From positions 60,824,001-60,888,000 of the forward strand of contig NC_045696.1 of assembly GCF_009834535.1 (NCBI RefSeq): a DNA stretch of 64,000 bases, written 5' to 3'. Shown piece by piece: positions 37,259-51,139 of the stretch (positions are counted from its first letter, which is position 1; every line of letters begins with the position of its first letter). The notes under the pieces were generated by a model. The model saw only the letters and a list, made by a program, of their open reading frames with translations, did not search any database and was not told the origin of the DNA. This DNA comes from Camelus ferus. Lineage: Eukaryota. Made by a program: the position numbers and the translations under genes.

Positions 37259-40099
37259 CTGAAATGGGACAACGTAACATAAAAACAAACAAAAGAGAAA
37301 AGAGGATGAACATCACAGAACTGAAAAGAAAAATAAGCATCTCTTCTTTCCCTCATAATAAGCTAAGATATGAAAAGTGAGTACCTGGGAAACTGATCTC
37401 TGTTAACATGAGTTACACAGAGATGGTATCTGACACTGTCACTTTATTAATATAACTAAAAGTACATACAGATCATTTTGAAAATGAAAATGGACAAGTT
37501 ACATACACTTACACATGAAAACAGAGGATAAACAGAATACTATGGAGTGAAAGCAACATCCCTTATCCCTGATAAATAAAAGAGCAATGCAGATCAGTAA
37601 AATGAGGCAGGAGAAAATAGAAAAATAGTTCCAAGTTACCAGATAGCGCAAGCCTGAAGATACAACACTGTAGGAGAAAGGCTTTGGAAATTACAAACCA
37701 TAGGAAAGCAAGACAGTTTCATGCCGTAACTCAAACTGCCTAAGAGAGGGATGCCTACTGTTGCAACAGTCCTGTGAAAATCAGGGTTCTCACATCAGGC
37801 AGGATCACAGGAAGAAAGTGAAGTGTATCCTTGAGATTCAGATGTATTTGAGAAACTTTCCCCTACTTTGGGTAATTCATGGAAAGATCAGTTTGAATTA
37901 GTTAAAATCTGAATTACAGAATTAAAAAAAATTGTATCTGAAAAAGTATTTCATATTTTGGAATTCAATGGATTAATTATGCCGGGGAACTATGAGCTTA
38001 GTCAGGAACAGCTTAATTAACATTTATTTGCAAAGTGTTCATGTTTGCTTAAGAAAGTTAAATTACTTCTATCTTATCTCATTAATATGTTTGGTTAATC
38101 CTTTCTTGTAAGAGAAAAAGGCCTATCATAAGAATAACACCTATCATTGATTAGATGAAAGAAAAAAGACTGCTCTCAAAGGAATGAAAGTGGAATTCTG
38201 ATTCCACTAAAAAAGGCTATACATATTTATTAAAGAAGATTCACTGGCACTTAATATATTATTAGGAAGATTTACAAAATCAGTTGCAATAAAAAATGTA
38301 ACAAATGTTTATTATGGGCAGTTATTGGTACTTGTGCTTCTTACTTTCTTTTTATTTAATACTTACCTTGATAAAATACAATCTCTTGATCTTATAAAAC
38401 TAGCAACTTTTGTATAAATCTTTTGAGTACAACTGTAAGTAAAGATTAACTATACTTAAGATGAACCTTCAGGGCGTTTTGCTCTGGGGGAAGACATTTA
38501 TTTCCTCCAAGGCCGACTCCTTGATCACCATTCTCAGGGGTGCCCTGTGACCTGTGCATCCGTAACTTAGACATTCCCTCCGAAGCTTAGCTTTCCGAAT
38601 GCACTTCTACCTTCCAGCTGGCTTAGAGGGAACTCTGTTCTGAAGAGAATGCACCATTACTCCTCCAAAGCCACACATGACACCATGTGTTTTTTCATCA
38701 GCTTTTTTTTTTTAAAGAGACAAAACTCCACAAAACTGAATGATCTCTGACTCAGAGACATCCTAAAAACAAAACAAGCCAAAACCCACCAAACTCCAGA
38801 AGGCACTATGACTGCATAAAACTGAAGTTTTCAACACAGTGTTCAATGTTTCAGGATTAACAGTAAACAGTTTTTAATGTGTTAAGTAATTATCCCATTT
38901 AATATGAAGGAAAACCAAAGCAATCAGATCCTCAGGCTGACTTCTACAGCAGGATGTTATGTTCCTTAAAATCTCCCTTCGTACTTAAATTCAGTCATCC
39001 AATTTAGTTAGCAGATGTCTGAATGTTCAGAAATACTATTTATAAGAACTAGACTCTGAATGCAGTTATGAAGTAGTTTCAAGCATCAAGGCTAGCTGCT
39101 AATACACTAAGCATTCTGAAAGAGACTATCATTGCCTTGGGTACAGAATAGAGATTGCTGCCTAATGCTTTACCTGTTACTGTTCAGATAAGATTCTCAA
39201 CAGCCTATTAAATACAAGTTCACCTATTAAGATGGTTCAAATATATCGGAAATTACATAAATTCCAATTTTAAATTCTAAATAGGATTCAGAAGTAAAGT
39301 TCAGTTAAAGATGACAAACATAATTAAGTGTGCAGACAGGGGCCCACCTGAAAGGTCAGCTCTAGGTAACTTGCTTGTGTACTGTTTTCAATATACACAG
39401 TGGACTCAGAACAGCAATCTAGGGAACATATGTGATGTCTGGACTGAAGATTCTGATCAAATTAAAATTATGATGATGAAATGGCCAGTACTGTCCAGAT
39501 GTCCAGACAGCAAATGCTGAGGTGGACTTGTGCCTATCAATAAAGGGAGATTTCAGGACTTCAGGGCACAGCTTGGTGCAGAGATCTAAGTGACCAGGTG
39601 TCCCCCGAACCAGAAAAGGTACAACTGTTTCCCTTATGAACAGCTGTTGAAAAGTTCAGCAACTCTTAATTGTAATACTTCTCACAATACAACAACACTT
39701 AAGTTGTATTGAGGTATGGAAAAATGGACAGATGGAAATTTTATTATGCCGTTTGGAGATAAAGTTCCACATCAAATTCTAACAATAGGCTCATGACTGT
39801 ATTGGTAGAAATGCTCAGCATTTATGATAAGAGAAACAAGGCCACAGGCCAGGAGAATGGATAAATGAGCAGGAGAAAATATGTTGGTCTTTTACTCTTT
39901 GTTAGCAATCATAAATGCTTACTAATGTGATAAGCTGCTCATCTGGACACATGAGAAAAGGATGTATATACTTTACTGGTTAGCTCTTTGATGGCCATGG
40001 AAAAAAAAAGCAAATATGTAAATATTTTTGCATGAGAAACAAACCTCCTTCACCAAACACAGGAATGAGGTGGAAAATCACTGGAATGCAATCTTTCAG

Positions 40100-40300
40100 C
40101 TAGAGGGGGAAGATCCAGTAATAAAGCATACAGAGAGTTAACATTAAAGTACAATAAAATGCCACAAAACCCAAAAGCTGGATAGATAAAGAGACAAAAC
40201 TGGATTCTTCTGAATGTGCCCCAAGAGAAAGTAGTGTTTCAACAGTTCTTTTAACGCTGAGGTTTAGCTGAAGGATGTCAGAAGGGGAACAAAGACTGTC
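40100..40300 (-). CDS. LRCH3: LRCH3 alternative terminal exon A (end of CH domain plus C-terminal transmembrane helix)
   Basis: ctttggacag|GAC. Encodes DSLCSPSDILQLNLSVKRTVETLLSLGAHSEESSFVSLSIQLLGFVAFYCTLMLTLCMLYYWIFPL, then TAG. Confidence 0.88.
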   Translation of the reverse strand, partial: DSLCSPSDILQLNLSVKRTVETLLSLGAHSEESSFVSLSIQLLGFVAFYCTLMLTLCMLYYWIFPL

Positions 40301-41922
40301 CTGTCCAAAGTGTGAGCAGGAAAGGAAAACAGAAAAACAAAGTCAGTGGATCAGAAATACAGATTTGAGTATAGAATTCAATATGATCATTTCAATCATA
40401 TTCATAGAAATATATACTATAACATTTTTTATTACGATGAATGAAAATAAAATGCTCAAAAACAAAACCACAAAGAATCTTCTATGTGCTAAGCTTGATT
40501 TTACTACTGAATAGCAGATTAAAATTGGCTTGTTGGTGACTTAGTATGAACATTCAGAGGTGGATGCTGGCTTAGGGTTGCGTGAGGCCTGAGAGTTGAG
40601 AGTGCATGACACAAACTCTTTCTCAGTTCATTCTTCTCTATTATCAAAAAAAGAATAGGCCAAAATAAAATGAAAGTGGAAAAAAACCAAAAACAAAACC
40701 CAACAAACAATAGGCCAGAAGGCAAGGACAAACCTGGAGATGGGCTGAGGAGAGGGAAATTTTCAGAAAAAGCCAGGTAAATCATAAAAGTTCACAGAAT
40801 GAAAAAAGCATAATAATCAGGGGAAATTTATTACCTGGAAGTCAGGTGTACTGAATAATTTGGTAATCCTCTAAAAATCAAGTCAAGCCCATCTTAACCA
40901 AGTCAAGTTTACTAACTGTGAAAAATGAATCTAGAATTATAAGGGACCTTATTAAAGATCATCCAAACCCTCCAGTTCACAGATTAAGAAATTAAATAAA
41001 AGCATTATTGGACTTGATAACAGGAAATATTCTTTCACACATAACATATAATAGCTCTAGGATATAAGATTTTAGACTCAAACAGAAATTTTTATCACCC
41101 ATTATAGTTTTTGAATGTAACATATATTTAAAAAAGCAGAATAATAAAGAGAATACCCATATGCCCAACTTCATTGGAGATTTTTAAAAGTCACTTTATT
41201 CTTTAATGTTTTATTCATAATGTAACTTGTAAACATTTTGTAAGTTATACTGAGAAGGAAAATTGTTCGCCTTTATACATATTCTCTGGACGTAGACTCT
41301 GACAAATCCTTCAATACTAAGTTTTATGATACCCATTTTCCAAAGTGATCATTATTATATCCTTGATTTTCTTTACAAGTCAAACAGAGCAAGCGGGGAT
41401 GTTTAAAGGTCATAATGCCCAGGAGTAGGGAGAACAAAAGAACAAAAGAAGGATTCTTTTTTCCCTCCTAAGGCAGAAGGACCCGAGAATGCTAGTTTAA
41501 ACCTGTGAGTTTGTATTTATTCAGTTTCTCACTTTGTTTTAGGCAAATGACTAATTGTTTTACCAGGAGGAGCAGCGTAAGAGGAACCCTCCTAAAAGTG
41601 GTAGTGGTGGTGGTGGTAGAGACTTGGGTGGAAAGGAGAAGTGGAGAAGGAGGAGGTGGCCTATGTGGAATGTGCATTTCCTCTTTCTAGGTGGGGAGAG
41701 GGAGACGTGGGGAGGATGTGTCAAAAGCTCTAGTCTAACCACCCTGGAAAAATATCCGGTCTTGTAAAATTGTATTTTTTCTATCTCCTGCCTTCAAATA
41801 AATACTATTAACCATTGCTTGGGAAATGGTGGACTAAATGCATGCTTTAAAAGCCACACTGTATTTGATTTTGCTGACTGATGGCAGGTACATTCTGAAA
41901 GAATTTCAGTGTATGGACTTTA

Positions 41923-42069
41923 TTTGTTACTGTATTATTTTTAACTATTTTTTTTATTTTGGGGGAAGAAGTAATTAGGTTTATTTATTTTTAGAGGAGG
42001 TCCTGGGATCAAACCCAGGATCTTGTGCACACTAAGCACGCACTCTACCACTTGGGCTATACTCTCCCC
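41923..42069 (-). mobile_element. tRNA-derived SINE (Vic-1-like)
   Basis: Same family. 18-bp TSD TTCAGTGTATGGACTTTA at 41905 and 42070. Confidence 0.88.
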
Positions 42070-43973
42070 TTCAGTGTATGGACTTTAAATCTGAGACATA
42101 TGACTGTTCTGTAAAGCCCAGAGTACACATATAATGACTGTGAACAGTCCTTTAACAGGTTTGACATAGGCTAAGTGTGCCAGCAGGCCTTGCTGTGTGG
42201 GGCTGCTTTCAGCACTCTTCTCTCTAGGCATGCAGTGCCTCCTTTTAATCACTCATATCTTTTCTCCCATTCCCTGCATCAATCCACACCACATTCTCTT
42301 GTTCAAAGACACTGTGCTATGGACCTGGGGCAGGTTCTAGCATGCTTGTGTAGTGTGATGGTCAGGTAGGAACATCTTCAGTGGCAGAGGGAAACACTGA
42401 ATGTTAAAGTGTACATATGAATATTAGAACCTGCTTGTTAATAGGGAGAAATGCATGCTGTTTGTTTAGAAACCTTATAAATGCTCTTAATATGTTTAAA
42501 AATGGTTTGTTCTAAAAGAGATGAGGAGCCTTTAGAAAACAATATACGAAAATGACAAATTTTCCTTGAATTTGTCCACAGGAACAAAAAAGATCCTTGC
42601 TAACTACCACTAAATTTAAATTGAAATTCTTTTATAACTCAGCTCAAAAAAAAAATTCAAAAGAAAAAAGGAAAAATAAATAGTAGAATCAAAATCTACT
42701 TAATAAAAGGAGAAAAAATGCTCATGGGAATTCACACTGGCTAATGCAGCTGCTCTGTGGATCTGGGCTCTCTTCCCCTTTGTGAACGAGCTGAAAGTTT
42801 CGGAAAGGTGCTCATTGGGTAAGTGATGCTGTGACCTTCTCAAATCATGTTAGTGAAAGAGAGGAATGGTTAACTGGGTAAAATGAGTTATTGTCGTGAA
42901 AGCCCTTGGACAAGGGCTTAACTTTGAGAGAAACAATGGCACTGTTGAGTCCTGGGACCAACACCGGGTTTGTGATAGCTAATAAGAAGGTGACAGAAAA
43001 GTCATGTTTTTCCCCTTGAAGGTTGGACAAAGTATGGTGACAAGAGCTGTAATGGCTGTGGTTAACGAAAAAAGTATCAAAATGCACCATTTTTTGTTTA
43101 TTTCTTTAAATTTATCTATATATCATGTCATTATACATAATACTTTTAAAGAGTTCCACGCTTAACATAATTGTTTTTTCAAGGGTAACTGAGTAAAAAG
43201 GGAATCAAGTTCATGTTGCTTATCACATCTATAAATAAAGTTTAACTATTTGTACTATTAAAGGGCAATAAAGCTATCACTGAGGAACCTGGAGGCAGTA
43301 AATATCAAGAGCAAGACAAGTGCCTAGAAATGGCTTCTTGTGTGTTAAATTCCGAAGAGTTTAGTGGATAAACTTGTAAAATCTGAATAAAGTCCATAAT
43401 TGAGTCAACAGCATTGTCTAGGTATTTGTTAGTTTGGATGACATACTATGTTTATGTTAAATATTAACAGTCCAGGAACCTAGGTGAAGCGTACACAGTA
43501 TCTCTCTGTACAATTTTTGCAAAATTTCTCAAAGTCTAAAATCATTTCAAAATAAACATTTTTAAAAAGTATTAAAGCAAGTGTTAAAAAAACTGAAGCA
43601 ATGGAAGTCTTGGTTTGAGATGCGCTATTGTGAAGCATAGATTCTGTAAGTGTATGAAGTTGTACACAAGGTCAAACAGCAAGTGGGGATGTTTAGGAAA
43701 ATACTAGAATAACTATTTTTGATTACTTAGCACTAATTACTTATTACAATATCTTTAAATTCGTATGTGTATGATTTCTTTGTTTGGTCCTTGGAAATAA
43801 GGAAAACTGCTCAAAACAATACTGATTGACTCTAGTAACACAAAATCATATTAATAATTATCAACTTAGTTCAGGGCTAGTCCTATAAGATTTTAAATAC
43901 CTGCATTTCTAAAAGATTTTAGGAAAATAATGCCCAAATTTATTTAGCCACATGAAAAATGTAAATTTGTTAC

Positions 43974-44051
43974 CTGAGGTACACCAATTTTTCTGCAAGC
44001 TTCTAGGAAATTCTCCACATTTCGTCTGCATTTTGCCATTGTTAATTTAGG
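43974..44051 (-). CDS. LRCH3: LRCH3 calponin-homology domain exon
   Basis: cctttgcag|CCT. Encodes PKLTMAKCRRNVENFLEACRKIGVPQ. Donor CAG|gtaaca. Confidence 0.96.
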
Positions 44052-47000
44052 CTGCAAAGGAAAGAAAATGTGGTGTTACTAGCAAAGTTTTAAAAAATCT
44101 GCTAACTAAAAATACTCTTGCCAACTGCTTCATAAACACAATCAATGCTCTAGAGGGTCAGCAAACTTTTTCTTAAAGGAGCAGTTAGTTAATAAGTATG
44201 TTAGGCTTGAGGGCCATATGATCTGTTGCAATTATACAAATCTCCTTAGAGCTTGAAGGAACCACGGACAATATATAAACAAATCAGAGTGACTGTGTTC
44301 TAATAAAACTTTATTTACAAATATAGGGACTGGCTTGTAGATCAGTTTGCTACCACCTACTTTAGATACATGGCTTTGATTTTTGTAAGACAAGTGCTAA
44401 AAAAGAAATTTTAGGAGAATGGTTAATTTTTTTAAAATTTAAATTTACATTTTAAAACAATATACACTGAAGAAAATTTGGAGGAATAACAAGAAAACCA
44501 ATTACCCACAACTCAGTCATTCATAAATTATCATAGTTAACACTTTATTTTTTCTGTTTTTTAAAGAAATACTAATAATAATACAACAGCCTTTGCTCAT
44601 AAATATGCTACAAATGCATGTCTCTATGCAATAGTAATATTTAATATTTTAAAACATTTTTATTTTAAAAGATTGGATTAAGGAACCCATTTTCTAAAGG
44701 GTAAAAATTTCCCATAGGAAATTTCCCTTATCACTAACTAGTAAGCTTGTTTTTCTGAAAAGCTTTCTAGTGACTGGAAACACAGAGTTATATCACATAA
44801 CCTAAAGCTGTGATAAAATTTTTCGTCAAGTGGATTATCATGTAAGAAAGAAATAGGAATACTATTTCCCAGAATGATTAACAAACTCAATTGTTCAAAT
44901 TCATATGTTGGTTTAAGCATCAGGCATGGAAGCCAAATATTTGCAGGGAGTCTGACCTAGAGTTTTTACAAAGGTAAGCAGACAGAAGCTGTACCATCTC
45001 TGGAGGGGAAAAAAGGTTTCTTTTGTGAATATCTGGGTTTTCTTCAAAGATGGAATATAATACTGTCACAAGAAGAGGGGGAACAACCACTACATAGTAG
45101 TGGCTGAAGGTAGTGTGATCTTGGCTTGAGAAAGGTAGCAGGCGCTAGGGATGGCTTTATCAAAGATAGAAAGGCAACAAATGAGATGGGAGGAAAGAAA
45201 TAATAATCTTTAAATTTCAAATTGAAAAGCTTTCAAAATTAGGTCCAGAAAGAAGAAACAGTTTTCCATGGAGAGCACACTTCCTTGCTTGTGCCAAGTT
45301 CTTCTATAACTGAGGTAAAAAAAGTTACAAAAATATTTCTTCTGTATAGCACAGGGAACTATATTCAGTATCTTGCAGTAACCTATAATGAAAAAGAATA
45401 TGAAAACGAATATATGTATGTGTATATGTATGACTGAAACATGCTGAACACCAGAAATGACACATGGTAACTGACTATACTTCAATTTTAAAAAATAGTG
45501 AAACATAAGTAGAATCATAATCTACTTAACAGAAAGAGAAAAACAATCACAGAGGTTCACACTGGCTACTACAGCCAGAGCTGGGTGCTTTCTCTTAGGC
45601 TTTTCACATGTGAAAGAGCAGGTGTTCACTGTACAAGTGATGCTGTGGCTTCTAAACTCCTGGTTAGTTAAGAGGGAGGTAAGGTGCACTGAAGCACAAG
45701 AGAAAAGTCACTGTGGTGAAAGCTACTGGGACACAGGCTTAACTTTAAGAGCGAAGAAAACATAGGACAACTACTCACTTAGGAGAATTTTTCATTGGCT
45801 AGAAATTCCCTCTCCATATACCAGTTTCTCTTTATGCCTTGTAGAAATGGAAGCAGAATTGATGTAACTAGCTTCTCTTATTATGAAGGGACCTTAGCTA
45901 AGCAAACCAGGATCCTGATAGGAGTTTGGGAGAGAAGGCTGGGGGTGTGTCCACAGGGATACCACGGGTGTGAGACTCTAGCAAAAGACCTTTTGTTCTA
46001 CAAAGGAAGGATCCCTACATTTCTGAAACATCTCCCATAGATGCTGGGAGGGCAGAATGAAATAGGTCTGACTGCATAGGTAGAAAAACAAGTTTCTTTC
46101 TGTGCAAAGAAAAGCATAAAACAATATAGTTAATGTTGCTTAGCTGAAAACTGGTCCCAGAATCACCACCATCTCAGACAAAAAGAAAAGAAAGCACAGA
46201 ATAATGATCCTGGGGTCCAATTCAGCATTATCTTTATGAGGATTACTAGCACCCTAAGACATAAAAGGTGTGTGAGTGGGGTTTGGGGAATAAAATCAAG
46301 TTTCCTTTGAGACTTTCCCTGCAAAGAGCAGATGTCTGACTGATGAAGGTGAAGAGGAATGGGAAAACATCATCTTTCTCCCTAGTCACTCCTTCCCTTA
46401 GCATTTATTTAAATTCCAAGGATGCAGGTCAGTGTTTCAAAATTGGAATATAACTCCTCCTTATAGTCTGATGAAAGCTGTGAATTTACTCTTGAGAAGA
46501 ATACATATGCATACAATTTTAGGGAGTTCAATGAGCCCCGGAAGCCCTACTAGAAGTGCGTGAATCCCAGGCTGCAAATCCCTGCTCTGATGGAATGGCT
46601 AGTTAAAAGGACCCAGGGGTGTAGACTCCCTATCACTATAGTGCAGAAGGACTTCAAGATTTTGCCTTAAGTCAAATATCATAGGAAACTGCCACCCTCA
46701 AAAGCTTTTCCAGAACTTCAGATGGCATACACATGGTTCTGGATAGTGAGATACAACCTTTTCTATTTCTGTAACGTACAACCTGATCTGAGTAAGAAAT
46801 CTTATGCAGGCTTTGGGGAAGAAAGTAATTTTCACAAAAGGAAAGGAATTACACTGAAAGAAATCAGAAATCAACAGTTTTGCTATTCTGAAACTTGAAA
46901 TGATTCAGAATTTTTTCAGGCCATCTTCCTTGGTGATACGGTTCATTCAGTGAGTCGTCACATCACAATCTTGTAATGAATTTTTTATATAATTCAATAA

Positions 47001-50000
47001 TGCACTTCTAAAAATGTGAATTGTGCTACTTAACACCTATGCCTACTTAACAACCAAACAGCAGTTTATCAGACATCATCGATCCTCCCAAAATAACAAA
47101 GAAAGAGGAATTATAACCTAACGGTTACAAGCACATATGCCTTTCTAAGTTTCTTTTAAAATGCCTGGACTTACGACCTCCCCTTACAATGAGGGGTCAT
47201 TTTTTGAAGGGAAAATTATGGTTTATATAGTACATCAAGAAAGGGTTTCTTAAAGTATACTCATAGTTCCAATTAGCAGGTTCTCAAAGAAATATAATAA
47301 ATCATCACACGTCAATGTAGCCACAAAGAAACTGCTATGGTTTTTAATTTATGTTTGGCTTTAATTTTATATTCTTATCACAAAAAATCTCTAAGAAAGT
47401 AAGTCACAAAGCTCTCTGTATGGTCAAAAGCACAAAACAAGGGAAGAAATAGTCTAATACGAGGGGGAGCAATTCACATGAAGGAAAAATAAATGTAAAT
47501 ATTTATACTGGAAACTAGCCCTATAACAGCAACCCCATTAAAGCAATGTTGACTCATAATAGTCATTTTCACCAGAAAAAGTGAGTTCTATTTTTATTTT
47601 TGCTTTTAATTAAAATATTGGACAATTTTCATCTTGTTGACACAAAGTCCATTTTTTCACCCTCAAATGTTACAATTTGGGATTTTTTTATATATTTACA
47701 TGTTTCTCCTCAACTTTATATGTCATTTATTAACCAAAAAGATTCCTTTTTAAACAATTTTATTTAATAGGCCTACTTGCTTTTGGTGTCAAGGATACTA
47801 TTTCATGAAAGATCTTTTTAATTTATTTTAATTTTTAAGAGGAATTAATGTTTTGGAGAGTATGGACCACCTGTAACTCATCTCTGTACGCTTCACCCCT
47901 GGCAGAATGTCTGCCACTGAATAGCTGCTCAATAAATATAACTAAGTTTTATTGTTAATTTTGCAAGCAAGTTTTAAATGTTCTAATTTCATGTTACATC
48001 CACGCTGCTTTGACAAATAAGAAAATCCATGTGTTTAATTTCTCTAAGTAGTTAAATATTTATTAAATAGTTTTATTTTTCCTATATATATTTTACATTC
48101 CTAAATGAAGTGCACTCTGTTCTGGTGATCAAGGTAAAGAATCTCGGTCACCCTTACTTTAAAATTCTACTTTCTATATGAGCTCCCTGCTATTTCCTAA
48201 GTATTTCCCTGGAAAATGAAGAATGACAGATTCGTCTTTTTTTAATTATTAAAATTTTTTTTTTCTTAACTCAGTTGACAGAAACTAAGAAGAATGCAAA
48301 GTAAGAATAAACCTTTCCCTAACTGGCTTTGCCAAATAGCATGTCAATTTCTATTCTCTTAATCACCACCTTTAGGACCAAAACCAAGTCTTTCAAGTCT
48401 TTGGGAGCAAAGTAGATTTGGTAGTGCTACTATTCCTCTATGCCTTTTCTATACAAAACTGAATGCCTATTTTCTGGGGTGACTAAATAAAAAGTGGCTA
48501 CCTATTTTCCTTAGAAGCAAATGTATGACTCTGTGGTTTGGATGTCCTGGAGGAGAAAGGGCCATATCAACCTCTTGGGACCTTGGTAACAAAGCAGTTT
48601 TTAATAAATAGAAGAATAAAAGGTCCTTGGGAGGAATAAATGATTTGTAGCTGAAGAGGCAGCAGATGAATGTCCAGAGTTGCAATCTATAGACATAGAT
48701 ATAACTGCAATTTGAGTAAAGGATTTGTATCAGGATGTATGTGCTATGTAACAAATGACCAGAAAATGAGATGAGGGCAAAACCCTTCAAAAGGTTAGAC
48801 ATTGCTAAGCATGTTACAAATGCACAATATCCATTCAGACTCATAAAGAAGTATCACAACAATCTAATGATGCAATGTAAGAATGTTGATTATATTCCAC
48901 TGTGTGTAGGTTACTGGTGAGGGGAGAGAAAGAGAGCAGCCATGAAAGATATTCTTGGAACAGTTGGGGAAATCTGAATGCTACTGATGCCTCACCTACT
49001 GTCCCTTTACTTATCCTGGGCATCCATCCTCACTTCCTATCCCTAGTCCCTGCTGGCTGCTAAGGGCTCATAGCTGTCCCCTCCTCAGTTTTCATCCTGA
49101 TCCCACAGGGAGCACTCAGAGTCAATCATATCACACTCCAATCCTGAGGGAGGGGGCTCAGTCCCTACAACTTGCAGTCATGGCTTCAGGCTGTAAGAGC
49201 AAGGTGGCCTACAACAATTCTCTGAAATATTTAGGGGGTAAAGTGTCATAATACCTTCAATTTTTTTCTTTTGATACCTGCAACTTTTAAATGGTACAAT
49301 TAAAATACACACACACACCACACAAATATAGACAAAGCAAGACGGCAAGATATAATGCATGTCAGATCTAGGCAGAGGCTTTAAGAGTACACCCTATATT
49401 ACTTTTTCAGTTTTTTTGAAGGTTTGAAATCTCTCTTACTAAAAATTTGAAGGGAAAAAAAAGTTACGCCAACCCAAAACGTGCTCTTTCTTTTGTGGGT
49501 TGCCATCCTGATTGTGACGTCCAGGTCTGACCAGCAGTCTAAAGAAAACCTGCCAGTCATCTTGAATGAATATTCTCCCTCATTTTCCACCTGAGGTTGG
49601 TCACTAGATCATGTCACTTCCACCCCAAAATATTCAACATTCTAAACTGCAATTATAATCATACTACTCCTCTCAAATTCTTTCAGTCCTCATTGTCTAC
49701 ACTAAGATAAACTCCTATCTCCTTGACATAGTACATGAGGCCCTTGTCACATGGCCCTTGGCTTACCTCTCTAGTTACATCCTCTGCCATTTACACCAAC
49801 ACCTTGTAAATGATCTACTCTGAACAACTTAAGAATTCCCGAATATGCCATCTTCCTCTTTAGCTTTTTAATCTAGGAATGCTATGCCTGGAATGCCTTT
49901 CTCCCTCTCGGTACTGCTGGCGAACTCCTACTCATACTTCAAGAATTAGTTCAAATTTTACTTCCTCTGGAGGCTTTCCTGAACTTTCTGGGCAGAGTTG

Positions 50001-50229
50001 AAGTGGTCCCTTTTTGTATTCCCATAGCACACTTCTTACACACCTCTTTTATCACACTTATCACACACAGCTGTAAGTCTACTATTTTTTCTCTAGTAGA
50101 ACTGAGATGCAGAAGGCAGGGGCTGGACTCTGTTCATATTTGTATTCTTAGCATTCTGCACAATGCCTGCCTCTAAACTTAATAAATATCTGATGAAAAG
50201 CCAACATTTTTTTAGCATTATAAACTTAC

Positions 50230-50367
50230 TACAGCTGGTGAGGGAACGTGAATGCTTGGGACAGATCGAGGACGAACATGATTGGCCAAATGGCAAAGAA
50301 CAACACCATCAGTGAGAGCTGCTCCAAGATCACAAGGCAGAGATACTTTCAACCGGTATTCAATATG
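50230..50367 (-). CDS. LRCH3: LRCH3 calponin-homology domain exon
   Basis: ttcttttag|CAT. Encodes HIEYRLKVSLPCDLGAALTDGVVLCHLANHVRPRSVPSIHVPSPAV (CH signature DGVVLCHLAN). Donor GTA|gtaagt. Confidence 0.96.
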
Positions 50368-50681
50368 CTAAAAGAACAGGAAAATGTGAAATATATTAAT
50401 TGTAGAGTGGCTGACACATAGAGAATGGAGTTAAAATGGAATATATTTAATTAGAAATCAAGATAAAAAGCAAATAACTTAAGTACCACAATCTCTATTT
50501 TATCTTTTCTATCCTAAGTCAATAATTTAAGGAGATCTTATATGTATGTATGGCAGCCAAGCCACAGTGCTACAAAGAACAATAACAGAAATCCACTTAC
50601 AGTTTTCTGACTTTAAAAACAAACGATCAAAAAAACTACGAAAACAACTAGACTGTCTTTCAATTTCAAAATAAACACTAT

Positions 50682-50820
50682 GGGGGTAGAGTATAGCTCA
50701 GGGGTAGAGTGTGTGCCTAGCATGCATAAGGTCCTGGATTCAATCCCAAGTACCTCCATTAAAATATAAACAAACAAACAAATAAACACAAACACACATA
50801 CCTAATTACCTCCCCCCAAA
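50682..50820 (+). mobile_element. tRNA-derived SINE (Vic-1-like)
   Basis: GTATAGCTCAGGGGTAGAG..GATTCAATCCCAAGTACCTCC..cctaattacctcccc. Confidence 0.85.
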
Positions 50821-51139
50821 TCCCTATAAATGTTATAAGTGTGATATGCATATGTATATAGGTACATACATATAAATTATTACTCTTACAAGATTTCTTT
50901 ACAACATAAGGCAGAGAAAAGTTTTAAATGAGTAGGGCCAGAGGTTGAGATTCAAAGAATAACCCATCTCATTTTCCTACTAAACAGCTGAAAAAATTCA
51001 TCACATAATGGGCATCATTGCACACAATGGGCACTCGTTGATTCTATTAAAAAGTACAAGGCAAATGAACAAGTGATTGTAGCATTATGAGCTATAGCAA
51101 TATCACTGAAAAAGTGTAATTCATAGGCAATGTACATAC

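Noticed and set aside
41555..41767. Gly/Arg-rich ORFs over a GGT/GGA-rich stretch
   Set aside because: Low-complexity purine-rich sequence antisense to LRCH3, with no coding support.
44697..44730. Small hairpin (aaatttcc/ggaaattt); also a 12-bp palindrome at 1204-1215
   Set aside because: Too short to distinguish from chance.
48467..48844. 125-aa minus-strand ORF in an LRCH3 intron
   Set aside because: Looks like translation of AT-rich or old repeat DNA, and the CH exons join without it.
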